Assembly (NCBI GenBank): GCA_002393945.1
Contig: DGSO01000020.1
Span: 38,517 to 102,516, forward strand
Direction of reading: 5' to 3'
DNA length: 64,000 nt
Source: Bacteroidales bacterium UBA4360
Lineage (GTDB): Bacteria > Bacteroidota > Bacteroidia > Bacteroidales > UBA932
Shown here one piece after another: positions 55,421-64,000 of this stretch (the stretch's first letter is position 1; each line of letters starts with the position of its first letter). Under the pieces are notes generated by a model. The model worked only from the letters and a program-made list of their open reading frames with translations. It ran no database searches and was not told the DNA's origin. Both the position numbers and the translations under genes were made by a program.

Positions 55421-57888
55421 AAAGGTTTGCCCTCATATTGGCTCTTGTTCTCGCCGGCATCAACGCAGTGGCGCAGAGCACCCGTGTGAGAGGTAATGTC
55501 TTTGACGCAGAAACAGGCGAACCCATCCCCTTTGCAAGCGTATACTTTGACGGCACCACAATAGGAGTTTCAACAGACCTCGAAGGCCACTTCAGCCTTG
55601 AGACACGTTCCCCGGAGGCAAAGGTCCTGTCGGCCTCACTCATTGGGTATTTCTCCGAATCCCATAAAGTTACGCCAGGCTCATTCTCGGAGCACAGTTT
55701 TTATCTGAAGCCCGACATAAGCCAGCTGAATGCCGCCCTCGTAAAGCCAGACAACCGCTACATCAAGTCCATACTGAAAAAGATCGACGCCGCGCGCCAG
55801 ATCCACAATCCGGACAATCTGGAGGACTGGACGTCCGGACTGTATTCCAAAATAGAACTTGACGCCACCAACCTGGACGAGATAATGAGGGTTCCGGTCC
55901 TGAAAAAGAATCTCGGCTTCATCATGGAGTTTGCCGACACTTCCGTCGTCACCGGCAAGGCAACCTTCCCTTTCATGATATCCGAAAGCAGGTCCGAACT
56001 CTACCATTCCAAAGAAAGGGGAATAAACAAGGAGAAGATCATTGCAAACCGCATTTCCGGCTTCCAGGAGGACAATACAATCAGCCAGTTCACCGGTGCA
56101 TTCCTTCTGAAAACCAACTTCTACGACTCCTCCATCGACATCTTCAAGGTGAGGATTCCGAATCCCATTGCCGAAAGTTCCCATATCCTGTACAACTACT
56201 ATCTTGTAGACAGCCTGGAGGTAGAAGGCCGGAAGACCTATGTCCTCCGATTCCACCCCAAAAAGCTCGTCACGTCTCCGACCTTCGACGGCCAGATGAT
56301 GATAGATGCACAAGACTTCGGAATCAGGAACGTGCAGGCTACGCTCTCCACGGAATCGTCAGTGAACTGGATACGGCATATCTACCTGGATATCCGCAAT
56401 ACGCGCCTCCCGGACGGGCATTGGTTCCCCAAGGAGGAAGAGCTGTTCATGAACCTGTCCCTGTCCCTGAACGAAGAATCCAGGATCATCTCTGCCGTAG
56501 CCAACAGAAACCTCGTATACGACACGCCACGGTTCGGAAGGGTATCGGACTCCCCTATCATGGATGAGAAACCTTCCGTCATCGTGCCGAAGAACATAGC
56601 CCGCAGCGAGGAAATGTGGGATGCGCTCCGTCCGTATGCTCTCACGCAAAGGGAGAAGGACATCTACACCATGGTGGAGACCGTCCAGGATACACGCACA
56701 TACAAAGTGCTGTATGCCATTGCCCGCATGCTTGCCGTAGAGTATCTCGAAATCAAGCCTCTCAAATTCGAATTCGGCATGTGGGACCACACCATTGCCA
56801 TGAATGACGTAGAAGGCGTCAGGCTGCAGTTGGGAGGACGCACCACCCATGACCTTACGGAAAGATTCCGGCTGGGAGGCTATCTCGCCTATGGTACAAG
56901 GGATAACGGATTCAAATGGTACGGACAGTTTGAATGGATGCTCAACCGTCAGACATGGAGGAAACTCGACATCTGGGCCAAGAGGGATTTCGAACAGCTC
57001 AGCGGCGGAAACAATATTTTCAATTCGCAGAATTTTTTCTCTTCATTCCTCACCCAAAATGGCCCTTCCATGCAGAGCATGGTCAGGTCGGCCGGCATCA
57101 GGTACGAACATGAGTTCTCTCCGGACTTTACTGCATCCCTCCAGTACAGCAACCAGAGAATCTGGAGCAACGAAAGCGTCCAGCTGACGCGGAAAGACGG
57201 CTCCCTGGCAGAGAGCATCGGCAGCGACGAAATCAACCTTGGAATGCGGTTCTCCCATGATGAGAAAGCCACACGCAACTATTTCAAAAAGACATACCTT
57301 TACACGCCATATCCCATCGTTTCCCTTAACATGCGCTATGCTTTCAAGGGCTTTGAACAGGATGCATCCCCGTACCTGAGACTTGACGGAAACGTAACAT
57401 GGAATACTCCCACCTTCCTCCTTGGAACAGGCAAGATGCTCTTTGGCGGCGGTTATATATACGGCAGTGTGCCATACCTCGTACTCAAACTGCACGAAGG
57501 CAATGCAAGTTATTTCGGAACCAGGCTTGCCTTCTCCTGCATGGATTACTACGAGTTCATTTCAGACAGCTGGCTGAACTTCTTCTATGAACACAACTTC
57601 AACAGCTTCTTCCTTGGGAAGATTCCGCTGGTAAAGGAACTTGACCTCAGGGAGGTCGTCACCTTCAGAGGGGCCTGGGGAACGCTCTCGGAGGCAAATA
57701 AAGAAAACGCTCCGTTCGTATTGCCATATAGTGCCGGAACTCTCGAAACGCCATACATCGAGGCAGGCGTAGGCATAGCCAACATATTCCATTTCCTGCG
57801 TATAGACGCCATCTGGCGCCTCACTCACCGCAGTGAAGAAAGAGGAAGGAACTTTACTTTAAACTTCGGAATAAACGTGGATTTCTAG
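55417..57888 (+). CDS. Outer-membrane protein with N-terminal carboxypeptidase-regulatory-like domain (DUF5686-like)
   Basis: TTG start, signal peptide AVA-Q, GNVFDAETGEPIPFASV, C-terminal FGINVDF. Confidence 0.82.
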   Translation: MKRFALILALVLAGINAVAQSTRVRGNVFDAETGEPIPFASVYFDGTTIGVSTDLEGHFSLETRSPEAKVLSASLIGYFSESHKVTPGSFSEHSFYLKPDISQLNAALVKPDNRYIKSILKKIDAARQIHNPDNLEDWTSGLYSKIELDATNLDEIMRVPVLKKNLGFIMEFADTSVVTGKATFPFMISESRSELYHSKERGINKEKIIANRISGFQEDNTISQFTGAFLLKTNFYDSSIDIFKVRIPNPIAESSHILYNYYLVDSLEVEGRKTYVLRFHPKKLVTSPTFDGQMMIDAQDFGIRNVQATLSTESSVNWIRHIYLDIRNTRLPDGHWFPKEEELFMNLSLSLNEESRIISAVANRNLVYDTPRFGRVSDSPIMDEKPSVIVPKNIARSEEMWDALRPYALTQREKDIYTMVETVQDTRTYKVLYAIARMLAVEYLEIKPLKFEFGMWDHTIAMNDVEGVRLQLGGRTTHDLTERFRLGGYLAYGTRDNGFKWYGQFEWMLNRQTWRKLDIWAKRDFEQLSGGNNIFNSQNFFSSFLTQNGPSMQSMVRSAGIRYEHEFSPDFTASLQYSNQRIWSNESVQLTRKDGSLAESIGSDEINLGMRFSHDEKATRNYFKKTYLYTPYPIVSLNMRYAFKGFEQDASPYLRLDGNVTWNTPTFLLGTGKMLFGGGYIYGSVPYLVLKLHEGNASYFGTRLAFSCMDYYEFISDSWLNFFYEHNFNSFFLGKIPLVKELDLREVVTFRGAWGTLSEANKENAPFVLPYSAGTLETPYIEAGVGIANIFHFLRIDAIWRLTHRSEERGRNFTLNFGINVDF

Positions 57889-58544
57889 TCCCCGTAGGAG
57901 ACAACCTCAAGAATATTGCCCGAGACCTTGAACCTAAGGTCTTTTCCGTCATATTTCATGGCATAAATCCTTGAAGGATCATCCTGATATGCAGGACGGG
58001 GATCAAGGGCAAGGACCTTTGCAAGTGCCGCTTTCTGCTTCTCAGAAAGGCCGATATTATCCGGGATAATGACATTCAGCACAGCCCGGGGCGACTCCCG
58101 GGCAAATCCGCATGCGGCATCGGGAACGGAATCGGCATAGGCGATATACGGTTTGATGTCGTAGATGGGGGTGCCGTCGGCAAGGTCTGCACCGGAAACC
58201 ACAAGTTCCATGTCCTCTATCCTTTGAAGGCGTACACAGGAAAGGCCCAGAGAATTGGGATGGTATGGGGAACGGGTAGCAAAAACGCCAAGGGCGGTGT
58301 TCCCGCCAAGACGGGGCGGCCTCACCGTAGGCTGCCAGCTGCCTTTTGCAGGCTTGTTTGCACTGAAACCCCAAATGAGCCAGATATGGCTGAAATCTTC
58401 AAGTCCCCTCAGCGCTTCCCTGACCCTGAATCCATCTTCGAAGACAATACGCCCTTCCAGTTCCTCAACCAGCAAGCTCTGGCGCGGAATACAGAACTTT
58501 GAGCCAAAAGAGCCGCGGTAATGAGCAATGGGCGTAATTTCCAT
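57885..58544 (-). CDS. tsaA: tRNA m6t6A37 methyltransferase TrmO/TsaA
   Basis: KFCIPRQS, TVRPPRLGGN, GVFATRSP, DGTPIYDIKPY, DPRPAYQ. Confidence 0.93.
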   Translation of the reverse strand: MEITPIAHYRGSFGSKFCIPRQSLLVEELEGRIVFEDGFRVREALRGLEDFSHIWLIWGFSANKPAKGSWQPTVRPPRLGGNTALGVFATRSPYHPNSLGLSCVRLQRIEDMELVVSGADLADGTPIYDIKPYIAYADSVPDAACGFARESPRAVLNVIIPDNIGLSEKQKAALAKVLALDPRPAYQDDPSRIYAMKYDGKDLRFKVSGNILEVVSYGD

Positions 58545-59770
58545 CAGGAAAGGTATTTTCCGTGACAGCGGCAGTATCGAAGACCGCTGCCGCAGGGACA
58601 GGGATCATCGGCAGCCACATGAGGGATAGAAAAGCCGATGGGAAAGTCCGAATCAATGGCCCAATAGCCGCTTGAGACAGTGGGCTCGGGCATTTTCCAG
58701 GCTGGATATTCGTCTGAATGGGCCTCCTGGTGCTCATTAGGGCCTTCATCCGGCATTTTCCAGGAGTTGCGGTCGCACAGGCACTCCCCTGTTTCATTGG
58801 CACTGCGGCCGCGAAGACACCACTTGGGGATGCTGTCGGCATAGTCGCACACAATCTTGCAGTATTCTTCCCAGGCCGATTGAGGGACTTCGGCAGCACG
58901 CGGAGCATAGAAGATAGAATCAAACAGTACCGGATTGGGAGCATCCATGTACTGCGCCTCTATCCAGGTGTCATGTTCTGCCTTCACGAGCGAGAATCCG
59001 CTGTATCCCAAGCGTTTATAAAGCTCTTCCAAGGCCTTCCCCTCAGGTGTGGACATCCCCACCAGGAAGTAAGGGGCGCCGGTTCCGGCTTCAAGTACGC
59101 TGGAAAGCGGGAAATGCTTCAGGCCCCTTTTTACCTTGTGTCCTTCACGCATCTCAAAGAGAAGGGGCACGTCATCGATGCTCGGCGACACAAGGTTGTC
59201 TCCCCATTCATTTTCGTAGCGGCAGAGCTTGATCAGAGGGCTTCTGGTTATCATTTCCTCAAGGGAGCGAAAGTCCTTGTTGCTGTGTTTTTCGTACCAT
59301 GAGAACACGACGTCAAGGAAGGACTCGGTAGAGAGGATGCCATACAGGTTCAGATACCCGAGGCTTATTTTTTCAAATTCGTACTGCCCGCATCTTTCCA
59401 TCCTGCCAAAGACGGAATCGATTTCAGGAGAGACTATCTCATAAATTTCGCGGCTAATCCACACTTTGTGGAAGTTCTCGTCGGAATCATCATATTCCAC
59501 GATTCCGGACACCTCCACGATAGAGGGATAATCCGCATAGTCCATATAGCGCACCCTTTCCGGACCGGCATGAACGAGGTCCTTCAGAAGGCAGATGTCC
59601 CTTTCCATAAGATGTGACATCCACCTTCCGGGTTCCTCTTTGATGTAGCCGCACAGTTTGTCAAGCATCTGGGACTTCCTGAGGCGCGACGGAAGGTCGC
59701 TCCCCAGGATATCCCCTATATCCTGAAGCTGGGCTTTTTCAAACCGGTCCAGTATGGTGCGAAGAGCCAT
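58544..59770 (-). CDS. SEC-C motif protein, function unknown
   Basis: C-terminal DDPCPCGSGLRYCRCHG. Confidence 0.8.
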   Translation of the reverse strand: MALRTILDRFEKAQLQDIGDILGSDLPSRLRKSQMLDKLCGYIKEEPGRWMSHLMERDICLLKDLVHAGPERVRYMDYADYPSIVEVSGIVEYDDSDENFHKVWISREIYEIVSPEIDSVFGRMERCGQYEFEKISLGYLNLYGILSTESFLDVVFSWYEKHSNKDFRSLEEMITRSPLIKLCRYENEWGDNLVSPSIDDVPLLFEMREGHKVKRGLKHFPLSSVLEAGTGAPYFLVGMSTPEGKALEELYKRLGYSGFSLVKAEHDTWIEAQYMDAPNPVLFDSIFYAPRAAEVPQSAWEEYCKIVCDYADSIPKWCLRGRSANETGECLCDRNSWKMPDEGPNEHQEAHSDEYPAWKMPEPTVSSGYWAIDSDFPIGFSIPHVAADDPCPCGSGLRYCRCHGKYLS

Positions 59771-59772
59771 TG

Positions 59773-61179
59773 TTAAAGCGTATCCTGATACTTTAGAATA
59801 GGGTTACGTGCCGCTGCAGTCTCGTCGGGACGGGAAATCGGCGCATTGTGAGGTGCACCCTGCAGGATGGCGGGATCCTGGGCTGCTTCTGCCGCAATCT
59901 TCCTCATCACCTCGATAAAGGCGTCCAGAGTCTCCTTGGACTCGGTTTCCGTCGGCTCTATCATGAGGGCCTGGTGGAAAAGGAGCGGGAAATAGATTGT
60001 GGGGGCATGGAAGCCGTAATCGAGAAGACGCTTAGCAATATCCAGGGTTGTAGCTCCGTGAACGTCGTCATGACCGCCGTCGTTGATGAGGCCGTCATAT
60101 ACGAATTCATGCTTGCAAACTCCGTCAATGGGAAGTTTGTACAGATCCTTGAGGCTTTCCTTGATGTAATTGGCATTGAGGACTGAGTACTCGCCCACCT
60201 TCCTGAGATTCTGCCTGCCCAGTGAAAGGATGTATGCATAGGCCTTCAGGATAACGCCGAAGTTTCCGTGGAAACCTGAGACGGTGATATCGGGAAGACA
60301 GTCTTCGAGCCTCTGTGCAACTCCTACGGGACCGCTTCCGGGACCTCCGCCGCCGTGAGGGGTAGAGAAGGTCTTGTGCAGGTTCAGGTGCATGATGTCG
60401 AATCCCATGTCTCCCGGACGCACGACGCCCATGAGAGGATTCATGTTGGCACCGTCGTAGTAGAGAAGACCGCCGGCATCATGAACGAGCTTTGCTATGG
60501 TCTCAATCTCAGTCTCAAACAGGCCAAGGGTGTTCGGATTGGTCATCATGATACCTGCAATGCTGTCGTCCAGAAGGGCTTTGAGGGCCTCTACGTCAAT
60601 CCTGCCGTTGGGAAGGGATTTGACTTCCACAACCTGCAGGCCGCATACAGCAGCCGAAGCCGGATTGGTTCCGTGGGCGCTGTCCGGGACGATGACCTTG
60701 GTACGGCCATAATCTCCGCGGTTCATGTGGTACTGGCGCATTATCATGAGGCCGGTGAGCTCTCCGTGAGCACCTGCGCAGGGATCGAAAGTGAAGGCGT
60801 ACATGCCGGTAATGGCAGCAAGCGCCTTGTTCATCTCCTGATAAACCTTGAGTGCGCCCTTAGCGAGACCTGCGTGCACCAGAGGGTGCAAGCCGGAGAA
60901 TCCGGGCAGCGAAGCCACTTCCTCGTTGATCTTGGGATTGTACTTCATAGTACATGAACCAAGAGGATAGAATCCGGTATCTACGCCGAAGTTCATCTGG
61001 GAGAGATTCGTGTAATGACGTACAACATCCGGTTCGCTTGCCTCCGGAAGAAGGAGCTTGCTCTCCCTCCTGAGTGAAGCCGGAATCTCTTCATGTGCCG
61101 GGTAGCGGTTCTCGGGAAGGGAGTAACCGGTACGTCCTTCCCTGGATACTTCGAATATGAGTTTGTCGTAGTATTTCAT
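59773..61179 (-). CDS. gcvPB: Glycine dehydrogenase subunit 2
   Basis: YPLGSCTMKYN, AGAHGE, HLNLHKTFSTPHGGGGPG. Confidence 0.96.
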   Translation of the reverse strand: MKYYDKLIFEVSREGRTGYSLPENRYPAHEEIPASLRRESKLLLPEASEPDVVRHYTNLSQMNFGVDTGFYPLGSCTMKYNPKINEEVASLPGFSGLHPLVHAGLAKGALKVYQEMNKALAAITGMYAFTFDPCAGAHGELTGLMIMRQYHMNRGDYGRTKVIVPDSAHGTNPASAAVCGLQVVEVKSLPNGRIDVEALKALLDDSIAGIMMTNPNTLGLFETEIETIAKLVHDAGGLLYYDGANMNPLMGVVRPGDMGFDIMHLNLHKTFSTPHGGGGPGSGPVGVAQRLEDCLPDITVSGFHGNFGVILKAYAYILSLGRQNLRKVGEYSVLNANYIKESLKDLYKLPIDGVCKHEFVYDGLINDGGHDDVHGATTLDIAKRLLDYGFHAPTIYFPLLFHQALMIEPTETESKETLDAFIEVMRKIAAEAAQDPAILQGAPHNAPISRPDETAAARNPILKYQDTL

Positions 61180-61181
61180 GG

Positions 61182-62510
61182 CTAGCCCTCCTTGATTACC
61201 TTAACAAGTTCATCGATTTCTTCCTTGCTGCGCTTTTCGGTGACGCAGAAGCTCACATAACCTTCCTCGGTATCAAGCGCTGCAAAGAATCCGGCTTCTT
61301 CAAGCCTCTTCTGCATGTGTCCCGGGAAGGACTTGGGCTTGAGGACGAACTCCTTGAGGAAAGGCTTGGAGGGGAATACTTCCTCGAACTTTCCGGTCTT
61401 CATGAGTTCGGAATAAAGGTAATGCGCACCGTCAGAGCTCAGACGGTTCACTTCCTTCATGCCCTGAGGGCCCATGAGTGAAAGGTAAACCGTAACCCAG
61501 AGCGCCATTAGCGACTCATTTGAGCAGATATTGGAGCTTGCCTTCTCCCTCTTGATATGCTGTTCCCTGGCCTGGAGAGTGAGGACGAAGGCGCGGCGGC
61601 CTTCCTTGTCGGCAGTCTGGCCTACAATGCGGCCGGGCATCTTTCTCACATGCTCCTTCTTTACGGCCATGAAGCCGACATAAGGACCGCCGTAGCTAAG
61701 AGGTAGTCCAAGGGACTGTCCGTCACCAACGGCAATATCGGCACCCCATTCGCCCGGAGTCTTTACAACTGCAAGGGCGGAAGGGTCGCAGTACTGCACG
61801 AAAACGGCGCCTGCGGCATGGATCGCATCGGCAAAACCTTCCAGATTCTCTATGATGCCGTAGCGGTTGATTGAAGGGAGAATCACACCGGCGACATCCC
61901 CGACGGCGAGCTCCGCCTTGAGGGAATCGATGGAGGATTCGCCATCCTGCTGCTCTACATAGCCGATTTCCACACCGTGGAAGCGTGCATAGTTGGCAAC
62001 CACCTTGAGCACATGAGGAAGGAGGGTCCTGGACAGGAGCACTCTTGTCTTTTTCCTTGCGATTGCAGGGCACATCATCATTGCCTCTGCGGCAGCTGTG
62101 GGGCCGTCATACATGGAGGCGTTAGATACATCCAACCCGGTGAGGGCGCAGATCATGCTCTGGTATTCGAAAATATAACGGAGCGTTCCCTGCGAAATCT
62201 CACATTGATATGGTGTATATGCCGTAAGGAATTCGGAGCGGGAGGTGATATACGGAATCACCGAGGGGGTGAAATGGTCGTACGCACCGGCGCCCACAAA
62301 CACCTTGAGGCGGCTGTTCATCGCATCAAGGGCATTGAAATAATCCCTGATTTCCTGCTCCGACATGGCATCGGGAAGGGCATAGGCGCCCTTTTTCCGG
62401 CAGGAAGCGGGAACGTCGGAATAAAGATCGGCGAGCTCTTTTACGCCGATCTTATCCAACATTGCCTTTATATCCGCATCAGTATGCGGAATGTAAGGAT
62501 TCCGGGCCAT
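61182..62510 (-). CDS. gcvPA: Glycine dehydrogenase subunit 1
   Basis: EFLTAYTPYQCEISQG, NASMYDG, REQHIKREKASSNIC; start set at ATG 62510. Confidence 0.96.
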   Translation of the reverse strand: MARNPYIPHTDADIKAMLDKIGVKELADLYSDVPASCRKKGAYALPDAMSEQEIRDYFNALDAMNSRLKVFVGAGAYDHFTPSVIPYITSRSEFLTAYTPYQCEISQGTLRYIFEYQSMICALTGLDVSNASMYDGPTAAAEAMMMCPAIARKKTRVLLSRTLLPHVLKVVANYARFHGVEIGYVEQQDGESSIDSLKAELAVGDVAGVILPSINRYGIIENLEGFADAIHAAGAVFVQYCDPSALAVVKTPGEWGADIAVGDGQSLGLPLSYGGPYVGFMAVKKEHVRKMPGRIVGQTADKEGRRAFVLTLQAREQHIKREKASSNICSNESLMALWVTVYLSLMGPQGMKEVNRLSSDGAHYLYSELMKTGKFEEVFPSKPFLKEFVLKPKSFPGHMQKRLEEAGFFAALDTEEGYVSFCVTEKRSKEEIDELVKVIKEG

Positions 62511-62511
62511 A

Positions 62512-62892
62512 CTATTCGCCGATAAATGCCTTGTATGCAGCTGCATCCATGAGAGCGTCAAGCTCTGATGCGTCGCTCATTTCAACCTTGATGATCCAGC
62601 TGGCGAATGCATCCTCATTGACCTTTTCAGGAGCGTCTTCAAGCTCTCCGTTAACTTCTACCACGGTGCCGGAAACGGGGCTGATGAGGTCTGAGGAGGC
62701 CTTTACGCTCTCGAGGGCGCCGAATTCTTCACCTGCCTTTACAGCGTCGTCAACTTCGGGCATGTCCACATAGGTGATGTCGCCCATTTCTTTCTGTGCG
62801 AAATCGGAAACTCCGATAACTGCGATATTTCCTTCAACTTTTACCCATTCGTGGGACTCGGAATACTTGAGTCCTTCAGCAATTTTAGACAT
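62512..62892 (-). CDS. gcvH: Glycine cleavage H protein
   Basis: SHEW, ESVKASSD lipoyl-Lys. Confidence 0.96.
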   Translation of the reverse strand: MSKIAEGLKYSESHEWVKVEGNIAVIGVSDFAQKEMGDITYVDMPEVDDAVKAGEEFGALESVKASSDLISPVSGTVVEVNGELEDAPEKVNEDAFASWIIKVEMSDASELDALMDAAAYKAFIGE

Positions 62893-62900
62893 AGTACGTG

Positions 62901-63998
62901 TTATTTTTTATAGTTAGTTTGATAAAATCTTTTCTTGACGACCTTTCCGGGGAAAGTCTTCTTGCGGATTCTGATCTGGAGGGGTGTATCCAGTGCAGAA
63001 TATGCCTTGTCTACAAGCGCGAAGCAGACGCTCTTGTCAAGGGATATGGAATGATAGCCTGTGGTTACAACGCCGACGGGCTGCTCATCCAGAGTCTCCA
63101 CGGGATAACCCGCACGCGGAATGGCCTTGTCTTCAATCTCAATGCCGACGAGTTTCCTGTCGATTGCGCCGGCCTTCTGTGCGAGAAGCGCCTCCTTGCC
63201 GATAAAATCCTTGTCGTATTTGCAGAACATACCAAGGCCAGCCATCACAGGGCTGATTTCGGGGCTGAGTTCGTCTCCATACAGAGGAAGTCCTGCCTCG
63301 AAACGGAGAGTGTCGCGGCAGCCAAGCCCGCAGGGTGCGACTCCGGCGGCGAGGAAAGTCTTCCAGAGCTCCACTATGATTTCAGGAGCGGTATAGATTT
63401 CAAACCCGTCCTCTCCGGTATAGCCTGTGCGGCTGAGTATAAGGCGCTTACCCTTGTATTCGAGGTCGCAGAAGGTGTAGAACTCAAGTTTCTCGGCCTC
63501 TTTCATTCCAAGCACCTTGATGAGGGTGTTCTCTGCATCGGGGCCCTGGAGTGCGATCTGGCCCCATGCCGGGGACTCATTGCGCACCGTGCAGTCAAAG
63601 CCCTTTGCATGCTCCTGGATCCATGCGAAATCCTTGTCTATGTTCGCAGCATTCACGACGAGAAGGAACGATTCCGGCTTGAATTCCCTGTAGACCAGAA
63701 GGTCGTCCACTACGCCGCCTTTAGGGTAGCACATCATTCCGTAAAGGACCTTTCCGGGCTGGAAACTGCGGATCTCGTTCGTAAAAATATAGTTCACGAA
63801 ATCCTCCGCTCCGGGGCCTTCCACAAAGATTTCTCCCATGTGCGACACGTCAAACATACCCACTTTCTGCCTTACGGCAAGGTGCTCCTCTGTAATTGAG
63901 GAATACTGGATGGGCATCATGAATCCGGCAAAGGGACTCATCTTGGCTCCAAGGGCGATGTGCTCTCCATAGAGGCACGTCCTCTGAAGATCATCGAT
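62901..63998 (-). CDS. gcvT: Glycine cleavage T protein (aminomethyltransferase); start outside the window
   Basis: FDVSHMG, SRTGYTGEDGFE, GLGCRDTLRFEAG; frame stays open upstream of the track's ATG (IDDLQRTCLYGEHIALGAKM) to the window edge. Confidence 0.96.
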   Translation of the reverse strand: MDDLQRTCLYGEHIALGAKMSPFAGFMMPIQYSSITEEHLAVRQKVGMFDVSHMGEIFVEGPGAEDFVNYIFTNEIRSFQPGKVLYGMMCYPKGGVVDDLLVYREFKPESFLLVVNAANIDKDFAWIQEHAKGFDCTVRNESPAWGQIALQGPDAENTLIKVLGMKEAEKLEFYTFCDLEYKGKRLILSRTGYTGEDGFEIYTAPEIIVELWKTFLAAGVAPCGLGCRDTLRFEAGLPLYGDELSPEISPVMAGLGMFCKYDKDFIGKEALLAQKAGAIDRKLVGIEIEDKAIPRAGYPVETLDEQPVGVVTTGYHSISLDKSVCFALVDKAYSALDTPLQIRIRKKTFPGKVVKKRFYQTNYKK

Positions 63999-64000
63999 AA

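Noticed and set aside
61180-61195. Shine-Dalgarno-like AGGAGG before gcvPB (similar before ntpI)
   Set aside because: It derives from the upstream gene's Lys/Glu codons, and Bacteroidota generally do not use SD pairing.

Overview
Gene-dense chromosomal window from a Bacteroidota genome, probably Bacteroidales. Evidence: TTTG-N19/20-TAnnTTTG promoters, A-rich translation starts without Shine-Dalgarno sequences, DUF4831/DUF2764/DUF5686-type genes and a reduced V-ATPase operon. It holds about 60 CDSs, tRNA-Cys(GCA), RNase P RNA and a TPP riboswitch. I see no integrase, transposase, prophage or CRISPR array. Main blocks: peptide uptake/proteolysis (pepD, POT transporter, tldDE, M48); trkA with a Na+-pumping acyl-CoA decarboxylase; iorAB-aminotransferase-CoA transferase; V-type ATPase; yggS-yidC-DUF349; thiamine TonB receptor; recA/recX region; kbl/tdh; a membrane-lipid cluster; and the glycine cleavage operon. 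Three signals are not explained by the genes. (1) An ORF-free unit with its own promoter and terminator at about 49625-49743 (+) has a G/U-rich single-stranded core complementary to the start regions of pepD, iorA, gcvH, kbl and a neighbouring acyltransferase, suggesting a GcvB-like sRNA. (2) A second such unit at about 31816-31920 (-) carries a 5-codon ORF (MKRFF) and is complementary to that same core, suggesting a sponge RNA. (3) A 178-bp element with 31-bp terminal inverted repeats sits in frame inside yggS and is stop-free in both orientations. The sRNA/sponge functions are inference from sequence inspection only and need expression and pairing-energy tests.
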